Virus record (IMG/VR): IMGVR_UViG_3300048861_000178
Coordinates: 224,001 to 288,000 of that record
Length of the DNA stretch: 64,000 bases
Source of the DNA: a virus
Taxonomy: Duplodnaviria; Caudoviricetes
Direction: 5' to 3' (one strand)
In this document: one piece after another, positions 21,101-30,190 of the stretch
How positions within the stretch are numbered: position 1 is the first letter of the stretch
Layout: the number at the start of each line of letters is the position of its first letter
The notes under the pieces: generated by a model
What the model saw: the letters and a program-made list of their open reading frames with translations, nothing else
Told to the model about the DNA's origin: nothing
Databases searched by the model: none
Position numbers and translations under genes: made by a program

Positions 21101-21444
21101 TGCTCCACCTTCGGGAGCAAGCGTGCCGTCGTGCGCTTCAAGTCGTTCATGAACGGCCGGATTTCCTTGGTCGTATCATCGTATAGACTTTTTATCGATC
21201 CGAACGATTTCTCGGCGAGATCATACGCGGAGCCGTATCCCCGAGGCAGGGCTTTCTCAATGACTGCCTTGACAAAGGTAGAATTCTTAGCCGACAGGCT
21301 GATGCCTTCTTTCAGGCCCGCAGCGACTTTGGTAACCGGCTTGCGGTTATCCTTCGGCGGCTTGAGATCGAAATCGAAATCAGGCACGTCAAGGTTCTTG
21401 TCGAACTGGAAATCGTTCAACGTGAATTTTTGTTGCTTGGCCAT
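15136..21444 (-). CDS. Giant tail protein with peptidoglycan hydrolase (phiKZ gp181-like), GH19 domain
   Basis: About 2100 aa, Gly/Ala-rich helical; GH19 motifs 'FMAQMDHESGG', 'YRGRGVVQLTGKANY', 'INGGTNGLSDR'; GGAG SD before MAKQQ. Confidence 0.85.
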   Translation of the reverse strand: MAKQQKFTLNDFQFDKNLDVPDFDFDLKPPKDNRKPVTKVAAGLKEGISLSAKNSTFVKAVIEKALPRGYGSAYDLAEKSFGSIKSLYDDTTKEIRPFMNDLKRTTARLLPKVEQAMPDKLKKQVKDWTETADAKPGSSNYDPREAEISAMLAGFAQVQSELQYKQTTESDTKDRLREGLEQVRHRDKLKQMDSLRVGIAQLVDYQSNVTANYHRKSLELQYRHYFVAVDALEEAKRSNAEMRLLLQSVVHNTALPEQAKLKASDTFKDMAKQQAMKLIGGTILGRGQEFLNNLTGNLQKNALRGVKNGLGIGRTGLDIANGVLDADDMAKAMGMQTDPFHSAGMLGGALGTDFIGQWIAKKMAPHLAKMPGVKKFGNKLQYGAENIPQMLGEWARSSKGENGGLTDGLVRFLKMNVKQSQKMQTGLQKDTVESMGEPSYFSRQSAKSLNEIIPGYLARILRELQVTRTGDPNVEMTHYDYTKNKFDTQSNVHTNAFKSLVKDNERKWTTESIDSLIDEVTTKTGKTLTPEQKKILGSQLLRNNVKGRLGGEEVLGNRRRYDGDAAPHADAFADLFKTYFRNDHDNERKHSFANAYNAFGQYASASREKVQHFSNLGMNDFLNEAGLLNDDEDGVKLEQFFDYYYGKDFNPATGSTANGFRPAQAGAAAAAVGPRRRRRRGNAGSIGRANRGGVHQALSQLAAGPVPSFATPGLITPSFVPTTANAGAYSPQPNAAVGTPKYRQQLANYLQKLGVPVQQVNALVEQTVSAMGATAHSAVQGAAGLQAAGTQRAGGFFSNARDHAREFANRTASGARALHENAKNHIETLLEKLSEGVGSISDGIKAIQERFADALPVMVVGNAADGSIPAGAAGTGGKVRWWNKSIKDGVKSLASGAWGGMKNAGKLGNWLVGSSFGGLFGTAKAVGGMATGLAGKVLDKARGFKDVYSEETGPRKVLLYAARLKAGEYFDVKTGKPVRTWRDIQGAVADASGIVMTEEQASTAYVREGLVKKALRGLGAGVKVASKLGSFLGGNLLGGPLAGYKAIAKLGELAIKGALGYANGPQDVYVFDKDHPKRLRKALDAKTMRAGGYHSAVNDKAIKSPKDIDGEVYNYKGVTVLDEEEFKRGLYDKNGNPLKHGVARILSGATKILGGGFGALKWLAGGVNQGIGHAFGLGKGMFSGLGALFGKTGIFFGGGKKLMSAVEEIRDLLKDRLPERHIIRKGSIEDQHKSRKEQLEEEWKKHLGQNGQGDDGQKKGGILSLLSGLFKRKKKNDDEDDSKGGLADGIESAVEQTIADKILGKIPGGKLLRKIPGLGRLFGKGGAGAAAGAAENIVGGAAKQGLGSRIMGGLKWGKGLGAGVALTGASALANATGHDTIGKGLGYAGDAATGWSLASGAAGLLGVEGGALGLAGAAGGALLTGLGAVLASPVLLPALGIAAAGAAVYGGYRLLSRNKLDALSKIRYAQYGWKPEDDGNVHKVFALENALMPGVTYVGGQAQIDPKKVDIKSAVEGLGVDLQDKDQVQNFATWYVRRFKPVFITHLTILNNIKKGTALSDANDKLSSAEKKTFLQGIRMPAEPYNSMVSPIPGEKQLSAGADDVKAVMDEVQAANDKEVEKDKDKKTNDKAVKAKDEAKHDAATKGDNKPEPSWMDNLKSGISNAWDKTKQFAGNAWDATKSAASSVGSAASSLISGAGDALKSGYQAAKGAAGKIGATLTASASAIKGALIAAMKTAGMSDPTEQAMFMAQMDHESGGFKSLSENLNYRPSVLASLFKSHFNGEGDAANVAAGGPQAIANRIYGGRMGNTAPDDGWTYRGRGVVQLTGKANYAKYGKMTGLDLVNNPDLASDPANAAKIALAYWKDRVSSAAAKAGDVLSVTKAINGGTNGLSDRQAKFQAYLGQAQQGQLGGKPDPNAKAGEAGTQVASTGGAPATGGAGGTGAAAATGAAGGIIKVADQTPGPAPALKSTPTTAPDAGPVDNGASAAVSALPDSINSQTAAAMGGFQNRSKDLAAQSQAQSQDLAKTLGPVSDVLKQSLDVQKQMLTALQQLVGFAGKQGSNSQANSKTPTGTLSPDAMQRKTPQPMPSAPVSMSKMA

Positions 21445-21519
21445 AAACACAGGCTCCAATGATGTCGGGCTGCTCGTGAGCCCCTCATAGGTTTGGGCTT
21501 AAAACCCGCAGGATAAGAT

Positions 21520-23148
21520 ATGCCGCAAAAATCCGACGTGCCATTTAACGTGAGTATCCTTGAACTCACGGAGAAAAAGCTCGTGGGGGTGAAGCCTGTT
21601 ACGAAACAGGACATCTTCGATGGCGCGACCCACAACTTCGATGAAGGCGGACTCTTCTCGGTGAGCATCTTCGGCAAAGTCGGGGATGAGCGCCGGAGTC
21701 AGCGCTTTTCGTTTATCGACATCAAGGCCCCGGTGTTCCACCCGGTGATCTATCGGGCACTCGCCCAGCTCAAGCGTCTCTATGCCGCGATTATGGCAGG
21801 CACTGAGTACGCCGTATGGAATCCGGAAACCAAAGACTTTGAGCGCAGCAATTCGATTACCGGTCGCACCGGCTACGCGTTCTTTCTGGAATACTGGAAG
21901 CTCATCGAATTCGGTGACACCAAGAGTGTGACACGGGAAATGAATGTGTCGCTCTTGAAGAAGTTCCAGAGCGTGGCCCTCACGAGCAAAGTGATCGTGA
22001 TGCCTGCGGGGATGCGCGACGTGGAGCTCGATGGTGGTCGGGTGCAGATGGATGAAATCAACACCTTTTACCGCAAGCTGCTGGCGATCTCCAACACCAT
22101 CTCCGAAGCGTCGGTGAAGACTGCGCCGGAAGTGATCAACACCGCGCGCTATAACTTGCAGCTCACCTTTAACCAGTTGTACGACATGCTGGAAAATATG
22201 GTGCAGGGCAAGAAGAAGCTGCTGATGGGCAAGTGGGCCAGTCGACGGATTCAGGACGGTACGCGTAACGTGATTACCGCAATGGATACGTCCAGTCCTT
22301 ATCTGGGCGCGCCCGATGCAGTGGGCTTTAACAACACGGTGATCGGCCTGTACCAGATGTTGAAAGCGTCGCGCCCGATTGCGATGTACAACATTCGCAA
22401 CGGCTTTCTCTCCAAAGTGTTCTTTGAAGTGGGTCGGCCAGTCAAGCTGATTGACAAGAAGACGCTGCGCCCAGTCGAAGTCACCCTCAAGACGCAAAGC
22501 TACGATCGCTGGATGACCAACGAAGGCATCGAGAAGGTGATCACGTCATTTGGGGACGAGGACCTGCGCCATAAGGCGCTGGAGATTGAAGGCTATTACC
22601 TGGGTCTGATCTACAAGGGCCCGGACGGGACCTACAAGATCTTCCAGGACATTGGTGATGTGCCCATTGAGCGCAGTCGCAAAGATGTGACGCCACTCAC
22701 GTTTTGTGAGCTACTCTATCTGTCGACCTTCCAGGCCATCAACGGCTTGCCGCTCTTTGTGACGCGTTACCCGGTGACCGGGGTGGGCTCGATCTATCCG
22801 TCGCTCGCCTATGTGAAGACGACGATTAAGGCTGAGGTCCGCAAGGAGCTCGATGAGCAGTGGCAACTACGACTGGATGCGCCGGTGGCGTATCAGTTCC
22901 CAATTACGGGCGGTGCGTTTATCAACTCACTGGTGCCGCACTCGGCCAAGCTTGGCAAACTGGGCGCGGACTTTGACGGCGATACCGCCTCGGGTAACGT
23001 CACGTATTCGGACGAATCCATCGCGGAAGTCAAGGCACACCTGAGTAAGAAGCGCGCCTATGTCGGTACCGACGGCTCCTTCATGTCCAGTATCGAAGTC
23101 TCGACCGTGTCCTTGGTGTTCCACAATCTGACAGGTTACGATTCATGA
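21520..23148 (+). CDS. Virion RNA polymerase beta-prime subunit (phiKZ gp180-like)
   Basis: Catalytic 'ADFDGD'; 'GLFSVSIFG', 'TRYPV'. Confidence 0.92.
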   Translation: MPQKSDVPFNVSILELTEKKLVGVKPVTKQDIFDGATHNFDEGGLFSVSIFGKVGDERRSQRFSFIDIKAPVFHPVIYRALAQLKRLYAAIMAGTEYAVWNPETKDFERSNSITGRTGYAFFLEYWKLIEFGDTKSVTREMNVSLLKKFQSVALTSKVIVMPAGMRDVELDGGRVQMDEINTFYRKLLAISNTISEASVKTAPEVINTARYNLQLTFNQLYDMLENMVQGKKKLLMGKWASRRIQDGTRNVITAMDTSSPYLGAPDAVGFNNTVIGLYQMLKASRPIAMYNIRNGFLSKVFFEVGRPVKLIDKKTLRPVEVTLKTQSYDRWMTNEGIEKVITSFGDEDLRHKALEIEGYYLGLIYKGPDGTYKIFQDIGDVPIERSRKDVTPLTFCELLYLSTFQAINGLPLFVTRYPVTGVGSIYPSLAYVKTTIKAEVRKELDEQWQLRLDAPVAYQFPITGGAFINSLVPHSAKLGKLGADFDGDTASGNVTYSDESIAEVKAHLSKKRAYVGTDGSFMSSIEVSTVSLVFHNLTGYDS

Positions 23149-26100
23149 TTTTCTACAACAACTTCTTTCGACGCTTTGGCGTGCGTACGGCTTCGCAGTT
23201 GACGAACCCGCCCATGCCCAAGCTCGATTTGCTGGAGCTGCCGCGTGAGTCGATCTTTCACTACGTGAGTGAAAGCGCGGTGGACATCGGCCCGCGTTCG
23301 GATGAATTTCTCTTTCGGCATGTGGCGCGGCCCATTCCGATCATGCACCAGATCGAGTTGCTCTCGGACAAGGGCATGCCGCGGCGCGTGGCGGTACCGG
23401 TGGAAACGGAGATTCGCAAGTACCACCAGCATCATCGTCGGTTTCGTCGGCAGATTAACCTGAACGCAGCACTGCGTGATGTGAATGTCCCGTTCGTGAT
23501 GAACTACGGCTTTCTGGCGGGACTCTACCGTTATCAGCGTTCGATGTTTGCTGAGTACAACCGCTGGTACAATATTGCGGCCACGGTCTGGAAGCGCATT
23601 GGCGATCTGGCGAAAGACTCGACCCGCCACCAGTTCATCGAGATTCGACTGCCGAAGATTCTGCCGGGTTTGACCGATCTGCGCATTGCCTCGGAGTCGC
23701 TTATCGAAGGCGACGTGCTGAGCTACGCCAGTGAAGGCATCAAGCTGGCATTGGAGTCCGTCGATCAGGAGTATCTGGACCTGGTGCAAGCCTCGCCCCA
23801 CTATGTGGATAGCGTCTCGATGGAGGCGATGAACCAGCGTACGCTTAAGGTGTTCCATACACCGGAAGCCCTGATGCTGCTCGAGCTGTGGAAGTGGGCC
23901 GGTGACGCGCGTCATAGCTCGTTGATTGCCAACGTCAATGATGAGCATCTGGATCGCGTGAATCTGATCTTCACGGAATCGGGTCGCTGGTTCGTGGTGA
24001 ACCTAGGTGTCATCAATCGCTGGCGTGTGGCAACCGAGGAAGAGCTCGCGGCGAACCCGCAAGCGAACCAGAAGGGATTGTCGCCGGTGCAGATGCAACG
24101 GCGCTTGCTGCGCATGTCGATGTCGCTCTTTCAAGTGCGCACTGATGTGGGTCCGGAAGCTGAAGACGCGGCGCAAGACGAAGAGTCGATCCAGGCAGCG
24201 GATGCGCAAGACGCGAACGCCGATGGCGTGCCAGAAGCGCAGCATTACGACCCTGATGAACAGTTCGATGCAGACAAGGGCGACGAGGAAGACGAGAGTC
24301 TCTTGCCGACCTTCAAGCAAACGGGCAGTCTTCCCAAGGTCGATCCGATTACCGGCGAGGCGATTCTCAAGCCCACGGCGGTGAAGACGAATGCGGCCAC
24401 GAGCACCCCGACCGATGAATTCACGCCTACTGAAAAGGCCGAGGACTTTGTCTTTGACCCGACTGAAGACGCGCAGATTGAAAAGGATCTGCAAGAGCTC
24501 GATAAGCTCAGTCGTCAAGCAGTCGCAGTGGGTGCGGGTGAGATTCCGCATCCGGTGGAAGTGGTTGAGCTCAATGACGTCCCGCAACCCGAAGACGGCG
24601 TGATTGCGCTACTCAATCGGCTGGCGGATGACGGCATGGTGAGTGCGGCTGAGTATCGGCGCTTCACGCAACTGGCTCAGTCCCCCAAGAACCTGCCTGC
24701 GCCCAAGGGCGAAGGTAATCTGCACGACTTCTCGCAAGTGCAGCCGCACGAAACCAAGATGGATAAGTCACCCTCCATCAAGGACATTCCGACCGTGCTG
24801 GATAAGACGATGCTCAAGTCGTCGCTGCTGGAGTTCGATCAGCGCTACATCGAAACGCTGCTGGAAAAGGACGTGGCAGGGATGGTCCTGGCGTTGCAAA
24901 ACGCTGGGATCTGCGTGACGTCCTACGAGCGCGAAGAAGTGGATGACGTGATGGGTTCGTACGTGATGTACCACGTGCGGATTGTGCCGGTCCAAGGCAC
25001 GGCTTCGACGCTGCACTTTAAGCTGCCGCTGTTGCAAGACGATGGCACTTACATGGCTAACGGCACACGCTATCGCATCCGTAAGCAAAAGGGTGACATG
25101 CCGATCCGTAAGATCGCACCGGACCGCGTGGCCCTCACCTCTTACTACGGTAAGGTGTTTGTGTCGCGTAGCGAAAAGCGGGTGAATGACCGGGCACAGT
25201 GGTTGCGTAATGCGATCATGGCGATGGGGCTGGATAACGAGAACACCACGGTGGTGAATCTGCATCCGGGTGACGTGTTCGATAACCTCTTTGAAGCCCC
25301 GCGTCTGTATTCCTCGATGTCGATGGGCTTTCGCGGTTTCACGGTGGATTCGGCCCATTTCCCGAAGAAGCTTAACTTCCTCTTTGATCACTCCAAGCGC
25401 GACAAGCTCTACGGCCCGGACGTGGTCAAGGCGCTCGAAGTAGGTGGCCGTCTGGTGTGTGGTCAAGCCGAAGGGGGCGAGTACATCGTCATGGATCGCG
25501 AGGGGGACTTCTTCCTGGCGACGCTTAAAGACGGTGTCAGTCTGGTGACGGGTGACGCTATCCCGCCGCTTGAGGAGTTGCTCGATCTGGAAGCCAAGAA
25601 AGCCCCGGTGGAGTTTGCGGAGCTCAAGGTACTGGGTCGTACGATTCCGCTGGCCGTGGTGCTGGGTTACCAGATGGGCTTGGAAAAGCTCATGCGGGCG
25701 TTGAAGGTGACGGCACGGCGTGTGAACGCGGGTCAGCGTCTGAACCTGCAAGACAACGAGTACGCGATTGCGTTCTCGGATGAGACGTTGATCTTCCCGC
25801 GCGATAACACCTTCGCAGCGATGATTCTCGGGGGCTTTAACGAGTTCCACCGGCAGATCCGTAACTACAGCGTGTTCGAGTTTGATCGACGCGGTGTCTA
25901 TCTGAATATCCTCGAAGGCAATGGACGTTCGGAGCGGTATCTGCGTGAGATCGATTTGATGTACCAGATGTTTATCGATCCGATCACACGGGAAATCTTG
26001 CAGGGCATGAAAGAGCCGTTGACCTTCCAGGGTCTCTTGGTGCGCTCGGTGGAGATGCTACTCTCGGACACCCACCCTGATGAGCTCGATCCGAAGTACA

Positions 26101-27683
26101 TGCGGATCAAGGGCTACGAGCGCATGGCCGGTGCCGTGTATGCTGAACTGATTCGGGCGATTCGGATTCATAACGGACGGCCGGGCAAGAACAAGCATCC
26201 GATCGACCTGAACCCGTACGCAGTCTGGACGGCGATTCAGACCGACCCGGCCAAGAACCAGGTGTCGGACATCAACCCGGTGGAAAACCTGAAGGACGTG
26301 GAAGCAGTCACATTCTCGGGCACAGGGGGTCGAGGCAGCCGCTCGATGACGAAGCGCACGCGCCAGTACCATCGCAACGACATGGGGACTATCTCTGAGT
26401 CGACGAAGGACAGCTCGGACGTGGCCATCAACACCTACCTGTCAGCGGACCCGCAGTTTAATTCGCTGCGTGGGACGTCCAATCCGTACGAGATTGGGGT
26501 GACGGGTGCGACTGCTCTGCTCTCAACTGCCGCGCTCTTGTCACCGGGCTCGGATCGCGATGATGCGAAGCGGGTGAACTTCGTGGGGATTCAGCATTCT
26601 CACGGGATTGCCTGCGCGGGTTACACGCAAGCCTCGGTGCGCACTGGGTATGAACAGGTGCTCGCTCACCGGACCTCGGACCTCTACGCTTACACGGCCA
26701 AGAAGGACGGCAAGGTGATCAGTGTCTCGGACACCGGCATGGTGATCGAGTACGCTGATGGTACGCGCAAGGGAATCGAGCTGGGGCGTCGCTATGGTAA
26801 CGCAGCGGGTCTTACCGTTGCGCATGAAGTGGTGGCAGACGTGCAGGAAGGACAGACGTTTAAGGCAGGCGACCTCTTGTGTCACAACACGGGATTCTTC
26901 GAGCGTGATACGCTCAATCCGAATCAGGTGGTGTGGAAGGCTGGGACGATTGTCAAGACGGTTCTGTTGGAGTCGACCGATACCCTGGAAGACTCCTCGG
27001 CGATTAGCAAACGGGTGTCGGGTCTCTTGACCACGAAGACCACCAAGGTGCGTAAGATCGTGGTGAACTTCGATCAAGCCGTGCATCGGTTGGTGAAAAC
27101 CGGCCAGCGCGTGGGCAGCGAGGACATCTTATGCATAATCGAGGACGCGGTCACCGCGAACAATCACCTCTTTGATGAGGAGTCGCTGGACACCTTGCGC
27201 AATCTGTCTGCTCAGGTGCCGCTCTCCAAGACCAAAGGCGTGGTCGAGCGCATTGAAGTCTTCTATCACGGGGACAAAGAGGACATGTCGGAGTCGCTGC
27301 GGCAACTGACGAACATGTCGGATCGTGAGATGGCGAAGCGCCATAAGTCCGCTGGACGAAAGGGCTTCACGGGAAGTACCGACGAGGGCTTCCGGGTCGA
27401 TGGAGAACCACTGGCGTTGGATACAGTGGCGATTCAGATCTACATCACGGCCGATGTGAGCGCAGGGGTCGGTGACAAGGGTGTGTTTGCCAACCAGATG
27501 AAGACGGTGTTCGGTAAGGTGATGGAGAACGAACTGAAGACGGAGTCGGGCACAGTCATCGACTGCGTATTCGGTTACAAGAGTGTCTACGATCGTATTG
27601 TGAATAGCCCTGCGATCATTGGCACCACCACTACCCTGCTGGACGTGATTGCCAAACGAGCAGTCGCTGCCTACAAGAGCTAA
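23145..27683 (+). CDS. Virion RNA polymerase beta subunit (phiKZ gp178-like)
   Basis: 1512 aa; 'EDSSAIS', 'GVGDKGVFANQMKT'; ATGA-coupled to the gp180-like gene. Confidence 0.9.
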   Translation: MIFYNNFFRRFGVRTASQLTNPPMPKLDLLELPRESIFHYVSESAVDIGPRSDEFLFRHVARPIPIMHQIELLSDKGMPRRVAVPVETEIRKYHQHHRRFRRQINLNAALRDVNVPFVMNYGFLAGLYRYQRSMFAEYNRWYNIAATVWKRIGDLAKDSTRHQFIEIRLPKILPGLTDLRIASESLIEGDVLSYASEGIKLALESVDQEYLDLVQASPHYVDSVSMEAMNQRTLKVFHTPEALMLLELWKWAGDARHSSLIANVNDEHLDRVNLIFTESGRWFVVNLGVINRWRVATEEELAANPQANQKGLSPVQMQRRLLRMSMSLFQVRTDVGPEAEDAAQDEESIQAADAQDANADGVPEAQHYDPDEQFDADKGDEEDESLLPTFKQTGSLPKVDPITGEAILKPTAVKTNAATSTPTDEFTPTEKAEDFVFDPTEDAQIEKDLQELDKLSRQAVAVGAGEIPHPVEVVELNDVPQPEDGVIALLNRLADDGMVSAAEYRRFTQLAQSPKNLPAPKGEGNLHDFSQVQPHETKMDKSPSIKDIPTVLDKTMLKSSLLEFDQRYIETLLEKDVAGMVLALQNAGICVTSYEREEVDDVMGSYVMYHVRIVPVQGTASTLHFKLPLLQDDGTYMANGTRYRIRKQKGDMPIRKIAPDRVALTSYYGKVFVSRSEKRVNDRAQWLRNAIMAMGLDNENTTVVNLHPGDVFDNLFEAPRLYSSMSMGFRGFTVDSAHFPKKLNFLFDHSKRDKLYGPDVVKALEVGGRLVCGQAEGGEYIVMDREGDFFLATLKDGVSLVTGDAIPPLEELLDLEAKKAPVEFAELKVLGRTIPLAVVLGYQMGLEKLMRALKVTARRVNAGQRLNLQDNEYAIAFSDETLIFPRDNTFAAMILGGFNEFHRQIRNYSVFEFDRRGVYLNILEGNGRSERYLREIDLMYQMFIDPITREILQGMKEPLTFQGLLVRSVEMLLSDTHPDELDPKYMRIKGYERMAGAVYAELIRAIRIHNGRPGKNKHPIDLNPYAVWTAIQTDPAKNQVSDINPVENLKDVEAVTFSGTGGRGSRSMTKRTRQYHRNDMGTISESTKDSSDVAINTYLSADPQFNSLRGTSNPYEIGVTGATALLSTAALLSPGSDRDDAKRVNFVGIQHSHGIACAGYTQASVRTGYEQVLAHRTSDLYAYTAKKDGKVISVSDTGMVIEYADGTRKGIELGRRYGNAAGLTVAHEVVADVQEGQTFKAGDLLCHNTGFFERDTLNPNQVVWKAGTIVKTVLLESTDTLEDSSAISKRVSGLLTTKTTKVRKIVVNFDQAVHRLVKTGQRVGSEDILCIIEDAVTANNHLFDEESLDTLRNLSAQVPLSKTKGVVERIEVFYHGDKEDMSESLRQLTNMSDREMAKRHKSAGRKGFTGSTDEGFRVDGEPLALDTVAIQIYITADVSAGVGDKGVFANQMKTVFGKVMENELKTESGTVIDCVFGYKSVYDRIVNSPAIIGTTTTLLDVIAKRAVAAYKS

Positions 27684-27775
27684 CTGAGTGTGGTTGCCCT
27701 CATTGCGGTGAGGGTGACCTACTCGGCCTTTTTTCACGTCCTTTCAACGTTTACGTCTACTAGACAGGAAAAGCT

Positions 27776-27973
27776 ATGCAATTGCAAGATTCGCATCGGA
27801 CCGTCGCAACACTTGGCAATGCCGCTGAGTTGGTTGCGGCTATCGTCCAGGGAGTCGTCGGTAACGACGTAGCGGACACCATCGACGGGTCGCCCCTCAC
27901 GCGCGGCACGATTTTCAATCTGGCTCAGCTCAAGTTCCAAGAGAGCGCGGGCAAAGTTCTGGGAGCCGAATAA
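27776..27973 (+). CDS. Small hypothetical protein
   Basis: AGGA SD, 65 aa, abuts the next gene. Confidence 0.6.
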   Translation: MQLQDSHRTVATLGNAAELVAAIVQGVVGNDVADTIDGSPLTRGTIFNLAQLKFQESAGKVLGAE

Positions 27974-27974
27974 C

Positions 27975-29429
27975 ATGCTGAGCATTCAAGCCCTCGAGAG
28001 CGCATTGCCGCTGGCCGAACGCTTTGACCAGCGCAAGCTGCTGGTGCTGCCGCGTGCGGACACGCCGCTGGAAATGCTGGTGAACCGCACCCGCAGTCCC
28101 GAAACCGTCACGTCCTCGCACGATGGCGTAACGATCAAGGTCGACCTGCAACAACTCGCGGCTTCGGCTGCGATCAAAGATCCGGTCTTTGGAGACTCGG
28201 ATCACGACAACGTGTTCGACCAGATCGCCGAAGTCTGTATCCCGGCGGTGCAGTCGCATGTGAAGTTTGCCAAGGAAGTCGTGGCTCCGGCCGTGGATGA
28301 TCTGGTGACGCGTGTAACCGATATTCTGTCGCAGCACACCCCGAGCCAACTGCTCGGCATGGAAGTGCGCATCGACGAACTGCCCGCGCCGCTCACGAAC
28401 ACCGCGTTCGACGCGATGGTGCGTAAGTTCGAAGAAACGCCGCTGGATTCCCCGGCGCTCAATTTCAACCTGCCGGATCAAACCGGTGCGGAAATCGTCG
28501 AACTGATGAAGACCGGTTCGGCTTCGCTCGATGCTGACATCGAACAGTTTGCGGCCACGCTGGGTGACGGCTGCCTGATCGACGTGTGGGCGAAAGCCTT
28601 CCAGCAACAGCAAGCCGACATCAACGACGCGCGCGTGCATCGCTTCGTCGATCTGCTCAATTCGCCCGACTGCGGGGTGGACAACGCCCTCATCATCTTC
28701 TTGCTCGCACGCAAGCTGATCGACAACCCGCTCGACGGGATCACGATGAGCCTGCAGCAGTACGAAACGTTGATGGCGGACTTCCGCGATCAAGCTGCGG
28801 CCTTCCTGTGCCGGGAACTGAATGCCTACGAGCAAGCCGAATCGGCAGGTGCGCTGGTGATCAGCCTCACCAGCAACGAGATCGTCGTCAACCCGCAGCT
28901 CTACAAGCAGTACATCGAGAACGGCGGCGAGAACGAAGTGCTCTTCGGGAATCTGCTGCAGTCGAACCCGTACGTGATGCTCGAGGACATCGAAGCGAAC
29001 GCTGGGACGCTCAAGCGTGCGTGGGACAACCATGCTGCGCTGACGGCCACGGTCGAAGCGAACCGCAAGTTCGCCCGTACCAAGGAAGCGCTCTCGACGG
29101 TGTTTCGTCGTCAGCTGCGTGAGCTCGCCGAGGAAGATCTCGCGAATCTCGACGTTGGTGCGACGACGGCCAAGTTCGATGAGCTGCTCGACGACGTGGT
29201 CGAGTCGGATCTGGAATGCCTCTACACGCTGGGCCTGAAGCTCGTGTGCCGCTCGCGTTTCTCGAAGACCGAAGCCGAGCGTATCCTCGCTGGGATCGAT
29301 CGCATCAAGAAGAAGAACCCGTCGCTCGAAGTGCGTGAAGCGGCCGCTATCTCGGTGATCGAATACGTCGCCTGGTGGGTCGGCTCGCAGCTGCAAGTGG
29401 TCGACGCGGGTTTCAAGCAATCCATCTAA
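27975..29429 (+). CDS. Putative head-associated protein (phiKZ gp177-like)
   Basis: 484 aa, strong codon bias, N-terminal 'QALE'; synteny. Confidence 0.6.
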   Translation: MLSIQALESALPLAERFDQRKLLVLPRADTPLEMLVNRTRSPETVTSSHDGVTIKVDLQQLAASAAIKDPVFGDSDHDNVFDQIAEVCIPAVQSHVKFAKEVVAPAVDDLVTRVTDILSQHTPSQLLGMEVRIDELPAPLTNTAFDAMVRKFEETPLDSPALNFNLPDQTGAEIVELMKTGSASLDADIEQFAATLGDGCLIDVWAKAFQQQQADINDARVHRFVDLLNSPDCGVDNALIIFLLARKLIDNPLDGITMSLQQYETLMADFRDQAAAFLCRELNAYEQAESAGALVISLTSNEIVVNPQLYKQYIENGGENEVLFGNLLQSNPYVMLEDIEANAGTLKRAWDNHAALTATVEANRKFARTKEALSTVFRRQLRELAEEDLANLDVGATTAKFDELLDDVVESDLECLYTLGLKLVCRSRFSKTEAERILAGIDRIKKKNPSLEVREAAAISVIEYVAWWVGSQLQVVDAGFKQSI

Positions 29430-29444
29430 GCGCGGGGGTAAGTC

Positions 29445-30170
29445 ATGGACGTGAGTAAACTCATTCGCGATCCCAAACGGGTCCAGGCTTACCTCGAAGA
29501 ACTTCCAAACGGGAGCCTCGTGTGCAAGAAGCCGGTAAAGATCTATCTACCGGTGCGCTTCGCAGAACGGGGCCTCGCTCAGATCGGCATTGAAACCTAC
29601 ATTGTGGGGATCTATGCGATTGTCGTAGAAGATGTGTACTATGGCGTCTCCATGGTGAATGCCATGTTGCCCATCGAACCGACGGCGACCCTGAAGATAC
29701 AAATCGACGGGGATGAGTATTACGAGTTCAGCTTCGATGCGGGTAGCGTCGTGGTCACAAGCACGGATCTGGTGAAGACCGACGTGTTGGTGTACAAAAT
29801 CTACGACGAGATCATCTCGAAGGGCCGGGTACCTTGGTACTTGGGCTATCTGGAGCTCGGGAAAATCTTCGACACGGCGCTGTATCATGCCGGAGCCAAC
29901 ATCGGGGCCAACCAGGAAGTCACGGAGCTGATCATTTCGATGATCTCGCGCTCGGAGAAGGATCGCAACCAGTATTACCGGACCACGATCGAAGACCTCT
30001 CCCAGCTCAGCGTCGTGAAGCCTGCGTTCATTCCGCTGCGCTCAGTGCAGTACGCAGCGACCAATACGACCAACAAGCTTGCAGGGTCGTACTTTGGAGA
30101 TGCTCTGGTGTCTGCTCTCGTGAATCCGGCGGATCGCGTGGAGCGCATCGAGTCTCTCTTGCGAGCATAA
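29445..30170 (+). CDS. Conserved protein (phiKZ gp176-like)
   Basis: 'TNTTNKLAGSYF' C-terminus; lies between the gp177-like gene and the protease. Confidence 0.6.
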   Translation: MDVSKLIRDPKRVQAYLEELPNGSLVCKKPVKIYLPVRFAERGLAQIGIETYIVGIYAIVVEDVYYGVSMVNAMLPIEPTATLKIQIDGDEYYEFSFDAGSVVVTSTDLVKTDVLVYKIYDEIISKGRVPWYLGYLELGKIFDTALYHAGANIGANQEVTELIISMISRSEKDRNQYYRTTIEDLSQLSVVKPAFIPLRSVQYAATNTTNKLAGSYFGDALVSALVNPADRVERIESLLRA

Positions 30171-30190
30171 GTCAACAAGTCGAGAACACA

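Noticed and set aside
21520-27683. Introns or inteins in the RNAP genes (terminase and DNA polymerase also checked)
   Set aside because: ORFs are continuous and no splicing motifs were seen
29834-30190. N-terminal extension of the protease ORF
   Set aside because: Overlaps the upstream gene out of frame; the start at 30191 fits better
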